Shown here piece after piece: positions 20,301 through 29,855 of a DNA stretch of 64,000 bases. Under the pieces are notes generated by a model that saw only the letters and a list, made by a program, of their open reading frames with translations, had not been told where the DNA came from and ran no database searches. Source of the DNA: Chlorobiota bacterium (GTDB taxonomy: Bacteria; Bacteroidota; Ignavibacteria; Kapaibacteriales; UBA2268); contig JBKAGT010000005.1 in assembly GCA_046290495.1 (NCBI GenBank), forward strand, positions 897,550 to 961,549. The letters run 5' to 3'. The position numbers were made by a program, and so were the translations under genes. Within the stretch, counting starts at the first letter, position 1; every line of letters starts with the position of its first letter.

Positions 20301-21157
20301 TCAGGACTTATGTAGCAACTCCAGGTGGTTCGCAGATTCCGCTTTCGCAATTAGTAGAATTGGAATATGTAAAAGGCCCACAAGTGATTAAGAGTGAGAA
20401 TACTTTTCTCACAAGTTATGTACTGCTCGACAAGCGAGATGGCTACGCTGAAGTCAATGTCGTTGAAGATGCCGAAAGGGAGATACAATCAGCAATTAGG
20501 AATGGAAGATTGACAATACCGAGTGGTGTGAGCTATCAGTTCTCTGGGAATTATGAGAATCAACAGCGAGCGGCAAAGCGATTGTCAATCATAATACCAA
20601 TAGTATTTGTAGTGATATTTATTGTTCTCTATTTGCAGTTCCGTTCTGTAGCTACTAGCTTAATGGTTTTCACAGGAATCGCGGTTGCCCTTGCTGGTGG
20701 CTTTTCTATGCTGTGGCTCTACGGTCAGCATTGGTTTGCAGATTTTAGCTTGTTCGGCACTAATTTGCGAGACTTATTCCAGATGGGAACTGTTAACCTA
20801 AGTGTTGCCGTTTGGGTTGGATTCATTGCCTTATTCGGTATAGCCACTGATGACGGTGTAGTAATGGCGACTTACTTGAGGGACAATTTTGCAGGAACTA
20901 AGCCAAAGGACAAAAAGCAGATAAGAGATTTGACTGTGGAAGCTGGAAAGAGGAGAGTTCGCCCTTGCCTTATGACTACTGCAACTACACTAATTGCACT
21001 GATACCAATACTAACAAGTACAGGTAGAGGTTCTGATATCATGATACCTATGGCAATACCAGCATTTGGAGGCATGACGATTGCTATAATTACAATCTTC
21101 GTAGTGCCGGTATTGTATTCAGCTTGGGAAGAAAGAAAACTGGAGGTAGAAAAATGA
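17363..21157 (+). CDS. Heavy-metal efflux RND permease, CusA/CzcA (HME) family, with extra inserted TM region
   Basis: N-terminus MVNQIIKFFLDNRLITFLLLSLLVLWG is CusA/CzcA-like; conserved periplasmic and TM blocks; GTG start; 1264 aa versus about 1040 aa for canonical CusA. Confidence 0.85.
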   Translation: MVNQIIKFFLDNRLITFLLLSLLVLWGIAVSPFNWEATDSINAPVAVDAIPDIGENQQIVFTDWSGRSPQDIDNQITYPLTTYLLGIPGVKSIRSSSMFGISSIYIIFEDDVEYYWSRTRILEKLNSIPFGLLPDGVSPALGPDATALGQVYWYTLEGRDEDGNPAGGWDLDELRSVQDFYVKYGLNSAKGVSEVASVGGFVREYQVDVKPEALRQFGISIEQVIDAVQKSNKDVGAKTMEINKVEYLIRGLGYIKSIEDLEQAVVRTVDNTPITIKDIAIVKLGPADRRGMLDKNGYEAVGGVVVARYGANPMEVIENVKEKIAEISKGLPQKELADGTISKLEIVPFYDRSTLIQETLHTLEEALSLEILITIIVILLMVANIRASVVITIVLPVSILMVFIAMKYAGVTANIVALSGIAIAIGTMVDLAIILVENIVKYREEHPDMKLLDAIYTGSAEVSTSILTAVTTTIISFVPVFMLQGAEGKLFIPLAFTKTFALIAAVIVTLLIIPAITYVLFSIRNKSNTKSYILPIGVILLGVGSVFFISTIVSITIVAIGVLLFIAEKSPEKKGLISGVNIYLSTFLVAYVLADYWMPLGPSESLLLNFIFVALMIAVIIGLFKLTIRYYESILRWCLENKLIFLSIPTFILFLGIMSWFGFPKIFSFVGSGFNAVGVDVENTKAWNNMSSLFPGLGEEFMPALDEGSFLLMPTSMPYTGVQKNRELLQNLDLAVQQIPEVAMVVGKAGRVESALDPAPLSMFENIVNYKSEYVTDEDGSRLKFKVDDDGNFITNYGDTFDNETAILSGLEIDDLIEDEDGENYRQWRKAIKNTDDIWNEIVKHSDFPEITSAPKLQPIETRLVMLQTGMRAPMGIKVYGQDLETIESFGLKLEEVLKNVPSVKSEAVFADRVVGKPYIHINIDRNAIARYGLKVNDIQNVIETAIGGIPLTKTVEGRERYSIRVRYPRELRDEPDELLRTYVATPGGSQIPLSQLVELEYVKGPQVIKSENTFLTSYVLLDKRDGYAEVNVVEDAEREIQSAIRNGRLTIPSGVSYQFSGNYENQQRAAKRLSIIIPIVFVVIFIVLYLQFRSVATSLMVFTGIAVALAGGFSMLWLYGQHWFADFSLFGTNLRDLFQMGTVNLSVAVWVGFIALFGIATDDGVVMATYLRDNFAGTKPKDKKQIRDLTVEAGKRRVRPCLMTTATTLIALIPILTSTGRGSDIMIPMAIPAFGGMTIAIITIFVVPVLYSAWEERKLEVEK

Positions 21158-22371
21158 GATATTTACTAATGATATTGATGCTTGTATTCTCAGTTGGTCT
21201 TAAATCTCAGACTTTAGAAGAATACCTGAAAGAAGCTGAGAATAACAACATAGAATTAAAGGCAAAGTACATAGAGTATGAGCAGAGCCTTCTAAATGCA
21301 CCACAGGTTGCGGCTATGCCTAATCCTACTTTGGATATTGGAGTATTTGTTACTCGTCCATATACACGGTTAGGTCCTCAGAACTTCAAGCTGTCATTAG
21401 CACAGAAACTTCCATGGTTTGGCACTTTGAGTAAATATGAGCAGGAGAGTCTAAAACTGGCGGAGGCAAAAAGACTAGATTATGAAGCAAAGAAAGATGA
21501 GATATTCTATAAGATTAGAGTAAAGTTAATCGAGCTTCATGAAGTGAACGAAATGAAGAAATATTATGTAGAGTCACTGGCACTCTCGCAATACCTGAGA
21601 CCTATCGTTAAAACTAAGGTTGAAGTCAACAAAGCCAATTTGACAGAGCTATTGAAATTGGATTTGAAGATTAGTGAATTAGAAACAGAAATCGAGCTTT
21701 TAGAATTAGATCAGATACCAATTAAACAAGAGTTGAGGCAATTACTTAATCGTGATAGTATAGATAGTATAACCTCATCAGAATATATAAATATAAACTA
21801 TGACAGAGCTAAGTATTTAGAAAAACTCGCTGGCTCTCCATCTATTCTCAAATTGAATCAATTGCAACAAGCAGCTAAAATAAGAGCTGAGGCAGCTGAT
21901 TCGGAATCAAACCCTGATATAGTTGTCGGCTTAGAATACACGAATCTTAGTCCTTTGGAAAATATAGAAATCGAGAATAACGGGATGGACATATTTATGC
22001 CAAGGATTGGCATTTCTATACCATTTTTCAATGATAGCTATTCTGCTAAGAAAGAACAATCTGTTGCTATTGCACAGCAATACGAATATGAGCAAGCTGA
22101 TTTGAGAAATAAATTAATATCAGAATATGAAGGAGTTGATTCGAGGATAGCATCACAATCAAAAAGAATTGAATTATACAAAAAGCAAATTGAGAAATCA
22201 GAACAAATAAAAGAGCTGATTATGGAAGAATATAGCTCAATTATGAATCAAGAAATAGATGAAATATTAGAAATAGAAGATTCAATAGTAAATTACAAAC
22301 TGCTAATGTTAGAAGCAGAAACAAGTAGTTTGAAGTTAAAAGCTCAGCTATTGAAGATAGTAGGAGATTAA
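21154..22371 (+). CDS. TolC-family outer membrane efflux protein
   Basis: ATGA overlap with the RND stop; signal peptide MRYLLMILMLVFSVGLKSQ; coiled-coil/beta-barrel repeat composition. Confidence 0.7.
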   Translation: MRYLLMILMLVFSVGLKSQTLEEYLKEAENNNIELKAKYIEYEQSLLNAPQVAAMPNPTLDIGVFVTRPYTRLGPQNFKLSLAQKLPWFGTLSKYEQESLKLAEAKRLDYEAKKDEIFYKIRVKLIELHEVNEMKKYYVESLALSQYLRPIVKTKVEVNKANLTELLKLDLKISELETEIELLELDQIPIKQELRQLLNRDSIDSITSSEYININYDRAKYLEKLAGSPSILKLNQLQQAAKIRAEAADSESNPDIVVGLEYTNLSPLENIEIENNGMDIFMPRIGISIPFFNDSYSAKKEQSVAIAQQYEYEQADLRNKLISEYEGVDSRIASQSKRIELYKKQIEKSEQIKELIMEEYSSIMNQEIDEILEIEDSIVNYKLLMLEAETSSLKLKAQLLKIVGD

Positions 22372-22372
22372 A

Positions 22373-24070
22373 ATGAAAAAATATATAATCACAGTATTAG
22401 CATTAGTAGTTGGGTTAGGATTAGGATGGGTGTTTTTCGCTGGTGAAAGCCCAGAACCCAAAAACGACAACAGTGAAGAAACAGCCGAATTTTGGACGTG
22501 CTCTATGCACCCAAATGTAAGAAGCCAAGAACCTGGTGACTGCCCCCTATGTGGTATGGACTTGATTCCTGCCATATCAGGTGGTTCGGAGGTGGACAAC
22601 TCGGCTATTACTCTCTCGGATAATCAGATACGCATAGCTAACATTAGTACAATTAAGGTAGGCAGTTCATCTACTAATAGCTTTGTTACTCTGAGTGGTA
22701 AAATTGAAATAGATGAACGTAAAAAATTCACTCAGCCATCGCATTTTTCTGGAAGGGTAGAACAGCTAAACGTAAACTATACTGGTGCTACTGTAAGTAG
22801 TGGTCAGAAAATTGCATCGATTTATTCGCCTGAGTTAGTACTAATGCAAAGGGAACTGCTATCAGCTTACAAAGAAAAAGAGTTTAATCCAGACTTATAT
22901 AACTCGATTGTAAGAAAGTTAAAAAGAAAGAAGGTACATGATGAGCAGATAAAGAAGATAATTGAAAGTGGAGAAGTGGAAGAAAGATTTGATTTGTATT
23001 CTCATTATTCCGGAGTAGTTACCAATCTATTCATCAGCAATGGTGATCACGTTTCTATGGGAGCCCCCATAATAGAGTTAGCAAACCTTAATAATTTATG
23101 GGTAGAATTTGACGCGTATGAAAGTGACTTGGCAGAAGTTGAAATAGGTGATATCATTGAATTTGAAGTGCCGGCATACCCAAATAAGAAATTCAAAAGC
23201 AGAATTAATTATATAGACCCACTAATCAACAATGATACTAGAACGGCGAAAGTACGTGGTAGCATAAGTAATAGTTCAGGGCTATTGAAACCCAAAATGT
23301 TAGTCAGTGGAACGGTCAACAGCAGCTCTGATAGTGAAACGATAATTATTCCAAAATCTGCTGTCCTATGGACTGGCGAGCGTTCTATTGTATATGTAAA
23401 AGTGCCTAACACAGATGAACATATTTTTGAGGCAAGAGAAGTGAAAATTGGTAAACTAACCGATGCAGGTTACCCAGTACTAAATGGTTTGGAGATGGGT
23501 GAATTGATTGCAACTAGTGGTGCCTTCTCAATTGATGCGGCAGCACAAATAGCTGGGAAAAAGAGCATGATGACAATGGAGGGAGGAAAGAAAAAGAACA
23601 AGAAAACAAAACACAAGCACAAGACTGAGAAGAAGAATTCTGTTGATTTATCAGGAATGCTACCAAATTATATGGAACTGCAAGAAGCTTTTGTGGATAC
23701 AGATTTACCAAAAGCGAAAGAAATTGCTAAGAAATATGCCAACTATATTATTAATAACATACTGAATAGCAATGAGCTGAAACAGTCAGATTACGAGCAA
23801 GAAGTGGAATCGATAGTTGACTTGTCAAAAGGGATTGCTGAAGATAATGATATAGAAAAAGCGAGGAAGAAATTCAGCAATATTTCAGTTCTGATGATAG
23901 ACATAATAGATGCCACAAAATCTTATAATGATAAACTATATGTTATGAAGTGCCCAATGGCAACAGTAGGTGATAGTGCAGTGTGGCTAAGCAAAACGAA
24001 AAAGGTGCTGAATCCCTACTATGGTGATAAGATGCTGAACTGTGGTTTTGTTAAGCGGGAGATAAGGTAA
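22373..24070 (+). CDS. Efflux RND periplasmic adaptor (CusB/CzcB-like) with N-terminal heavy-metal-binding domain and C-terminal DUF3347-like domain
   Basis: FWTCSMHP...GDCPLCGMDL (HMBD CxxH...CPxCGM motif); MFP beta-barrel/lipoyl region; C-terminal ...YVMKCPMATVG... CPM motif. Confidence 0.8.
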   Translation: MKKYIITVLALVVGLGLGWVFFAGESPEPKNDNSEETAEFWTCSMHPNVRSQEPGDCPLCGMDLIPAISGGSEVDNSAITLSDNQIRIANISTIKVGSSSTNSFVTLSGKIEIDERKKFTQPSHFSGRVEQLNVNYTGATVSSGQKIASIYSPELVLMQRELLSAYKEKEFNPDLYNSIVRKLKRKKVHDEQIKKIIESGEVEERFDLYSHYSGVVTNLFISNGDHVSMGAPIIELANLNNLWVEFDAYESDLAEVEIGDIIEFEVPAYPNKKFKSRINYIDPLINNDTRTAKVRGSISNSSGLLKPKMLVSGTVNSSSDSETIIIPKSAVLWTGERSIVYVKVPNTDEHIFEAREVKIGKLTDAGYPVLNGLEMGELIATSGAFSIDAAAQIAGKKSMMTMEGGKKKNKKTKHKHKTEKKNSVDLSGMLPNYMELQEAFVDTDLPKAKEIAKKYANYIINNILNSNELKQSDYEQEVESIVDLSKGIAEDNDIEKARKKFSNISVLMIDIIDATKSYNDKLYVMKCPMATVGDSAVWLSKTKKVLNPYYGDKMLNCGFVKREIR

Positions 24071-24089
24071 TTTTATCAGATAAGTAGAA

Positions 24090-24560
24090 TTAATAACTCA
24101 CATCATTTTTATGTCCAACATTAAATTCTGGTTGTGTATCTCTAAAGGAAATGTATAAGTCTATTTTTTCTTTATTTTTCGTACCTGAAATTAAAACATA
24201 TTTACTTGAATTAATATCTGATATTTTTATTGTCGTTAAATCTTCAATCACTAAAAATATCTGATTCCAAATGATTGTTTCTCGGTTAAACTCCTTTATA
24301 ATTAGCTTATAACCAGTTGAATCATTTGCTATAATATTTTCAAACACTATTGAATCCTTATTAGTAACTTTGTTCCTCAAAACTATATCAGCCTCAATAC
24401 CGAGACTTTTAAAATCATGTAAGTATAATTTCAAAGTTTTAAATCTAGTTGTCCTGTTTTGTTCAAGAACTTCAATATTACCTAATTCTGTATTATTACA
24501 AGAACTAAATAGAACTATAATGCTTAATGTTAAGAATATATTATAAACTTTTTTATTCAT
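24090..24560 (-). CDS. Hypothetical lipoprotein
   Basis: LFSSCNNTELG lipobox. Confidence 0.5.
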   Translation of the reverse strand: MNKKVYNIFLTLSIIVLFSSCNNTELGNIEVLEQNRTTRFKTLKLYLHDFKSLGIEADIVLRNKVTNKDSIVFENIIANDSTGYKLIIKEFNRETIIWNQIFLVIEDLTTIKISDINSSKYVLISGTKNKEKIDLYISFRDTQPEFNVGHKNDVSY

Positions 24561-24595
24561 AATGATGTTTTGTTTTATTTAATGCTGTTGAGCTT

Positions 24596-24892
24596 TTACC
24601 ATTTATCTTTGAATAATTTTGCTAGATCAAATACAGTCTTGAATAATAAAATTAATATACCCCAAGTTACGAAGAATAATGTGAAGATTACCAAATACGG
24701 TAGAGTATATCCTGTGTAATGAAAACTATTAAAAACATACGCTGGAAAATGAATTAATTTATTGTCTTTTATATTTTCATTTACAAACGCACTTATTGGC
24801 AGATCAAAGTATATAGGTAAGAACCAATAAAGTAAGCTCACAATCCCTGTTATGATAATCAGAAACTTATATTTAATGAATAAGTTTTTCAT
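24596..24892 (-). CDS. Hypothetical small membrane protein (2-3 TM)
   Basis: Hydrophobic segments IIITGIVSLLYWFLPIYF and LVIFTLFFVTWGILILLF. Confidence 0.45.
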   Translation of the reverse strand: MKNLFIKYKFLIIITGIVSLLYWFLPIYFDLPISAFVNENIKDNKLIHFPAYVFNSFHYTGYTLPYLVIFTLFFVTWGILILLFKTVFDLAKLFKDKW

Positions 24893-24921
24893 AGTGTATG
24901 TTTTTAATTAATCTGAAATTG

Positions 24922-25263
24922 TCAAACAAAAGATTTTATTTCATCTGACAAATTCATTACTTCTTTCCATTTGATTGAATCTCTGAAATTCTCAAAATCC
25001 CATTCATTTGTCTTTTGTAAATCTAATACTAAGTTGTAAAGTATTATACTTTTCTCAAACATTTCATTACTTATATGTCCATTTGATAATAATCTTTGTA
25101 AACTAGAAATATGTAAAAATGAATGAACCCCAATATCAAACTCTTCATAAATATTATAGGCAATAGTTTCATCTGAAGAACTTAATAAATATATCCCACA
25201 TTTATAAAGTGTATCCATATAACACTCGTATAGTTCTTGTGATGATATTTCTATTTTTATCAT
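24922..25263 (-). CDS. Hypothetical cytoplasmic protein
   Basis: 113-aa ORF; 12 bp downstream of the neighbouring ORF. Confidence 0.45.
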   Translation of the reverse strand: MIKIEISSQELYECYMDTLYKCGIYLLSSSDETIAYNIYEEFDIGVHSFLHISSLQRLLSNGHISNEMFEKSIILYNLVLDLQKTNEWDFENFRDSIKWKEVMNLSDEIKSFV

Positions 25264-25275
25264 ATTAATTAGTAT

Positions 25276-25548
25276 TTATTTAGTTTCAATTATTTTTTTT
25301 TCTATTATTAACTCTGCTGAATCCTCTTCAAGAGAATTAAATTGATCTAAATGAAAATGATATCCACTAGGAATTGACTCTTGAGATAAATTAAGTAAAT
25401 GATTTGCAAAAGATAATAAACCATCCTTGTTTGCCTTAATATGAATAACACCATCTTCTATTCTAGTCTTAATTTCAAAATCATTCTCCCAATTAAATTT
25501 AAATCCTTCTTTATTATCGTATTTAGGTATATCAATAGTTATCTGCAT
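25276..25548 (-). CDS. Hypothetical cytoplasmic protein
   Basis: 90-aa ORF paired with 24922..25263. Confidence 0.45.
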   Translation of the reverse strand: MQITIDIPKYDNKEGFKFNWENDFEIKTRIEDGVIHIKANKDGLLSFANHLLNLSQESIPSGYHFHLDQFNSLEEDSAELIIEKKIIETK

Positions 25549-25596
25549 AATGATCTTTTTCTAATTTTTTATTTCTATAATTTTAACAAAAAAAAA

Positions 25597-25632
25597 GCCA
25601 ATGACATCAATCATTGACTTTATTAATTTAAT
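25597..25632 (-). terminator. Rho-independent terminator (aaagccaatga-catcaa-tcattgacttt plus T-run on minus strand)
   Basis: 11-bp stem with one mismatch, 6-nt loop, T9 on the minus strand, directly after the stop of the 794-aa gene. Confidence 0.65.
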
Positions 25633-25636
25633 AAAC

Positions 25637-28021
25637 TTATTTCTTAATAACTTTTTGGATACTTCTATAATTCTTACCACCTAATGAACTTTGATTTAGA
25701 ATTATAAAGTAGACTCCTGCAGGAAGAGAACCTATTGATATTATCTCTTCTTGTTTACCAATACTTTTGTTACCTAGACCTATTTCACTCAATCTTCTCA
25801 AGTTAATATCATACACTTCCAAAGTCACATCTGATGCTACTTTAGTGTCGAAACTTAGATTTAGCTGATTAGTTGCAGGATTCGGTGAAACGCTGAATTC
25901 GAAATCATTCTTAATATCATTTATACTAAGCAAAGGCTGAGTTGTAAAAGACCATACTGGTGATATATATATCAGTTCATTTGACTTTTTATCAAAATTA
26001 GCAATAAACCAATAGTAGCTTGTTTCATTTTTAAGCGGAAGGAATTCTTGCTTTTCGAAATCCTCTGCTCTTAGGAAGCTATCACTAGATTTCCCAACCC
26101 AGTAATTTGTAATATCCCCTGAAAAATTTGAGTCAAGTGATAAAAATACGTGTACATCTTCTAGATCATAATCACTTTGGATTGTACCTTTTTTAATTCC
26201 ACCAAATTCGTAGTTTACACCCCACTTTAACCCTTTAAAATCAGAAGGCTCAACAACCTGACTTTCTTCTGGTTCACTAGCTTCAACTTCATCTAATTCT
26301 ATATCTTCAAGTGAAAGCTCAAACTTAAGAGTATCTAAATATGACACTATTTCAATTGAATCAATTTCAGAACTGAGTTCCTCCCCATTGCAATCTGCGG
26401 AAACCGTCCAATAATATTTCCCTTCATTATACAACTTAGTAGAAAAACTATGGTTACTTAATGGAAAACCTTGTTTTTGATAATATAAAACTTCCTTACT
26501 GTGATTTATTACTGATTCTTTATTGGTACTCATGTATAAATTCATTTGCTCATAACCATTATAGGCCCAATATAAAGTGAAAGAATGCTTTACATCAGCT
26601 GCTTTACTTATACTCAGACTTGGGGTTACATTTTTAAATATATTCCCTGTAAATAAATCATTTGGAACAGCACAATCAGACGTTTTAAATTCCCAAATTG
26701 GTGATTCTAATTCGTCTCCACAAGTTACTTTCCAGTAGTAATACGAGACACTATCTAATTCATCTTGTATAGGTATTGATTCTAATTTTCCATTAAAACT
26801 TCCTAAAATAGCCTTTGAATCAGAACTTTCAACTAAATCATAATTACTTGAAAAATAAATTATAGTTTCATTTATATTATCACCTATCAAAGTCCATCTA
26901 AGTTGTTTTAATACTGTTGAAATTTGCGTGTTACCAGTGCCAGGGATAGGGTCTTTTGCATAACAAGACAAACCACCTATTCTAAATTTGCTTGATGTAT
27001 ATGCTGCAAATGTTTCATAACTTACAGGACAAGTAACCATAACCAGCCAATAGTAATCGGTCTCTGGTGCTAAATTCATCCCATCTATCCTAACTGAGGT
27101 AATACTATTCCCTTGTGCAATCAAAGTACCTGGGAATAGATTTTGAACGGCTGCAGAATCACTAGATAAATAGACATTCACAATGTACTCTCCCAAGGGA
27201 TCTTCGGGCAAGTCCCAAGTAAGCTCTGTAAATTTATTTAACCTAAAATTATTGTATGTAATTTCAGTCCCATAGTCTGGTTTCAGATTAGTAGCATTTT
27301 CAACTTCACATGATCTAGTTGAAAAACTCCAGGTTGGGCTGCTTTTTTTGTTATTTCCACACTTTGCAACAACCTTCCAATAGATATCAGGACTATTTTT
27401 TTCTATTCCATACTGAGCAAAAGATGTTAAATCCACTCCGCTAATTAAAAAGGTATTAGGGTCTTCATTCTTTACTTCTTCTTTACTTCTACTAATATAA
27501 ACACATACAGAATCTTCATCTCCAGGGTTCTCCCATTTCAAAACCGTTCCAGACACAGAAGATAATGTATTATCTTGATTAACTGGGAACTTTAATATTG
27601 GAGCTGATTTTGGACATTCTATGGGCAGTGATACTATGAATTCGTATTCTACCTTATTGTTCTCTATATTTTGGTCGCCTTCATTTTCTATACTTACAAT
27701 CAATAAAAAATTACCGTTCACTGGATTCCATGTCTTAGATGAACCTGTAGTACGTGAATTAAAACCAGGTATACTCGAATCATCTACTATATCTTCAAAT
27801 ATTTTATTAGCATCGGAATTGTATAGCTGTATAGTAGTTTGAAAGTTTGATGATGTTTGTGGAGTTACATTTTCAACTGTATAGATGAAAGTAATCGGAT
27901 CACTAGTTGTAACTTGTTTTAAAGGAGCATCTATTCTTTTGATTAACAAATCTGAGGATAAAGATGTGTATGACGAAAGAATGAATAAAAGGAGTAGAAT
28001 TCGTATCATTGAGGACCTCAT
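25637..28021 (-). CDS. Secreted protein with FN3/Ig-like repeats and T9SS C-terminal domain
   Basis: Signal peptide; C-terminus FSVSPNPATNQLNLSF...LPAGVYFIILNQSSLGGKNYRSIQKVIKK. Confidence 0.8.
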   Translation of the reverse strand: MRSSMIRILLLLFILSSYTSLSSDLLIKRIDAPLKQVTTSDPITFIYTVENVTPQTSSNFQTTIQLYNSDANKIFEDIVDDSSIPGFNSRTTGSSKTWNPVNGNFLLIVSIENEGDQNIENNKVEYEFIVSLPIECPKSAPILKFPVNQDNTLSSVSGTVLKWENPGDEDSVCVYISRSKEEVKNEDPNTFLISGVDLTSFAQYGIEKNSPDIYWKVVAKCGNNKKSSPTWSFSTRSCEVENATNLKPDYGTEITYNNFRLNKFTELTWDLPEDPLGEYIVNVYLSSDSAAVQNLFPGTLIAQGNSITSVRIDGMNLAPETDYYWLVMVTCPVSYETFAAYTSSKFRIGGLSCYAKDPIPGTGNTQISTVLKQLRWTLIGDNINETIIYFSSNYDLVESSDSKAILGSFNGKLESIPIQDELDSVSYYYWKVTCGDELESPIWEFKTSDCAVPNDLFTGNIFKNVTPSLSISKAADVKHSFTLYWAYNGYEQMNLYMSTNKESVINHSKEVLYYQKQGFPLSNHSFSTKLYNEGKYYWTVSADCNGEELSSEIDSIEIVSYLDTLKFELSLEDIELDEVEASEPEESQVVEPSDFKGLKWGVNYEFGGIKKGTIQSDYDLEDVHVFLSLDSNFSGDITNYWVGKSSDSFLRAEDFEKQEFLPLKNETSYYWFIANFDKKSNELIYISPVWSFTTQPLLSINDIKNDFEFSVSPNPATNQLNLSFDTKVASDVTLEVYDINLRRLSEIGLGNKSIGKQEEIISIGSLPAGVYFIILNQSSLGGKNYRSIQKVIKK

Positions 28022-28181
28022 TTATATAAAATCAATTGTTTACAATGGATTACCAGCTTAAATCTATTATTAATAACTATTTATAAGTATACAATTAATA
28101 TAAAAAATGACTCAAATCAAAATATTTCTTTTTGTGATTATTTTCAAATTGTCTTCTGCTTTATTAGAATTAAAACAAAAA

Positions 28182-28212
28182 AAGCCAATGACATCAATCA
28201 TTGGCTTTGTAA
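28182..28212 (-). terminator. Rho-independent terminator for rho (perfect copy of the hairpin at 25597)
   Basis: aaagccaatga-catcaa-tcattggcttt, followed by T7 on the minus strand. Confidence 0.7.
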
Positions 28213-28235
28213 AAACTTTGCTGTTTGTGAACTAA

Positions 28236-29621
28236 CTACGAGTTTAAGCCATTCAAGAAGTCGTCGTTTGTTTCTGTACCACGCAGTCTATCAAGTAAGA
28301 ACTCAATACCTTGAACAGAATCCATTTCGTCAAGAACTTTTCTAAGTACCCACATACGGCGTAGTTTGTCTTCTGACACAAGTAGCTCTTCTTTTCTAGT
28401 ACCAGAGCGATTAACCTCAATAGCAGGGTATATTCTCTTGTTCGAGATTTTCCTGTCTAACACAAGTTCCATATTACCAGTACCCTTGAACTCCTCAAAG
28501 ATAACTTCATCCATCTTGGAGCCTGTTTCCACCAAAGTAGTTGCTAAGATTGTAAGTGAACCACCATCTTCAATGTTTCTAGCAGCACCGAAAAATCTCT
28601 TCGGCTTGTGTAGTGCGTTGGCATCTACACCACCAGATAATATCTTACCAGAGTGAGGGATGACTGTATTGTGTGCACGAGCAAGACGAGTGATCGAATC
28701 CAATAGGACTACCACATCTTGTCCAGCTTCTACTAATCTTTTCGATTTTTCTAATACCATTTCCGCAACCTGAACGTGTCTTTCCGGCGGCTCATCGAAA
28801 GTAGATGATACTACTTCTGCCTTTACAGAACGCTCCATATCTGTTACTTCTTCTGGTCTTTCATCAATAAGCAATACAATTAATTTCACTTCCGGATGGT
28901 TACGAGCAATTGCATTAGCAAATTTCTGTAATATTACCGTCTTCCCAGATTTAGGAGGTGCTACTATTAGACCCCTCTGCCCTTTACCAATAGGAGAAAG
29001 CAAGTCAACTATTCTCATAGAATAATCAGATGGAATTGTCTCTAAGTTAATTTTCTCTTCTGGATATAGCGGAGTTAGGTTATCGAATAATGTTCTATCT
29101 CTACTTGTTTCAGGTGCTGAGAAGTTAATTGTCTCCACCTTAAGTAAAGCGTAAAATCTCTCAGATTCTTTTGGTGGCCTTACCATACCGGTCACGGTGT
29201 CACCAGTTTGCATACCAAATCGCTTTATTTGCGAAGGAGATACATATATATCATCTGGTGATGGTAAGTAGTTATAACTCTGAGACCTAAGAAATCCGTA
29301 GCCATCAGGCAATATTTCTAGCACTCCACCACTTGCCAAAAGTCCGTCGTCGTTTGCAGCACGCTCTTGTTTCGAACGTTGTTCTTCTACTATCTTAAGT
29401 ATCAAATCTTGCTTACGCAATCCACTAATGCCAGTAATGCCTAGCGACTTAGATATTTGAGTTAGTTCGGAAATCTTTTTGGTTTTCAGTTCATCAATAT
29501 CGATGATTGGTACTGGAGGTGGGGTTTGTGAAGGGGTGATTTTACTCGTTTTTTTGTAGTTCTTCGAATCCCTTCCCGAAGAGTATTTCCTCTTCGGTCT
29601 TCTATTGTCTCGTTGTTTCAT
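28236..29621 (-). CDS. rho: Transcription termination factor Rho
   Basis: Basic N-terminal extension, Rho_N/RNA-binding region, Walker [13 protein letters not shown], RecA-like ATPase core. Confidence 0.95.
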   Translation of the reverse strand: MKQRDNRRPKRKYSSGRDSKNYKKTSKITPSQTPPPVPIIDIDELKTKKISELTQISKSLGITGISGLRKQDLILKIVEEQRSKQERAANDDGLLASGGVLEILPDGYGFLRSQSYNYLPSPDDIYVSPSQIKRFGMQTGDTVTGMVRPPKESERFYALLKVETINFSAPETSRDRTLFDNLTPLYPEEKINLETIPSDYSMRIVDLLSPIGKGQRGLIVAPPKSGKTVILQKFANAIARNHPEVKLIVLLIDERPEEVTDMERSVKAEVVSSTFDEPPERHVQVAEMVLEKSKRLVEAGQDVVVLLDSITRLARAHNTVIPHSGKILSGGVDANALHKPKRFFGAARNIEDGGSLTILATTLVETGSKMDEVIFEEFKGTGNMELVLDRKISNKRIYPAIEVNRSGTRKEELLVSEDKLRRMWVLRKVLDEMDSVQGIEFLLDRLRGTETNDDFLNGLNS

Positions 29622-29855
29622 AAAGATATAAAGAAATTAATTGTGAATTATTATCATTATTAGGATAAATTTTTGGGAGAATAATCGCACTTACTTCTTG
29701 TCTAAGGGAATATTTAGGATATTCGGAGTGCTCTCTTGATTGCAAGTTATAATAAATTTTATAATTTCAAAAATTTAAAAACATTTTTTTTCTTCTGATT
29801 GATTTGATATTTTGCATAATATAAAAATCTTCTTCGGGGGGAGAAGTAAATCCAA

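Noticed and set aside
17363-24070. Considered calling the heavy-metal efflux operon a horizontally acquired genomic island on GC grounds alone
   Set aside because: Other conserved core genes in the window (lpd, rho, suf) are similarly GC-enriched relative to accessory genes, so GC alone is not diagnostic; only the flanking duplicated promoter module is reported.
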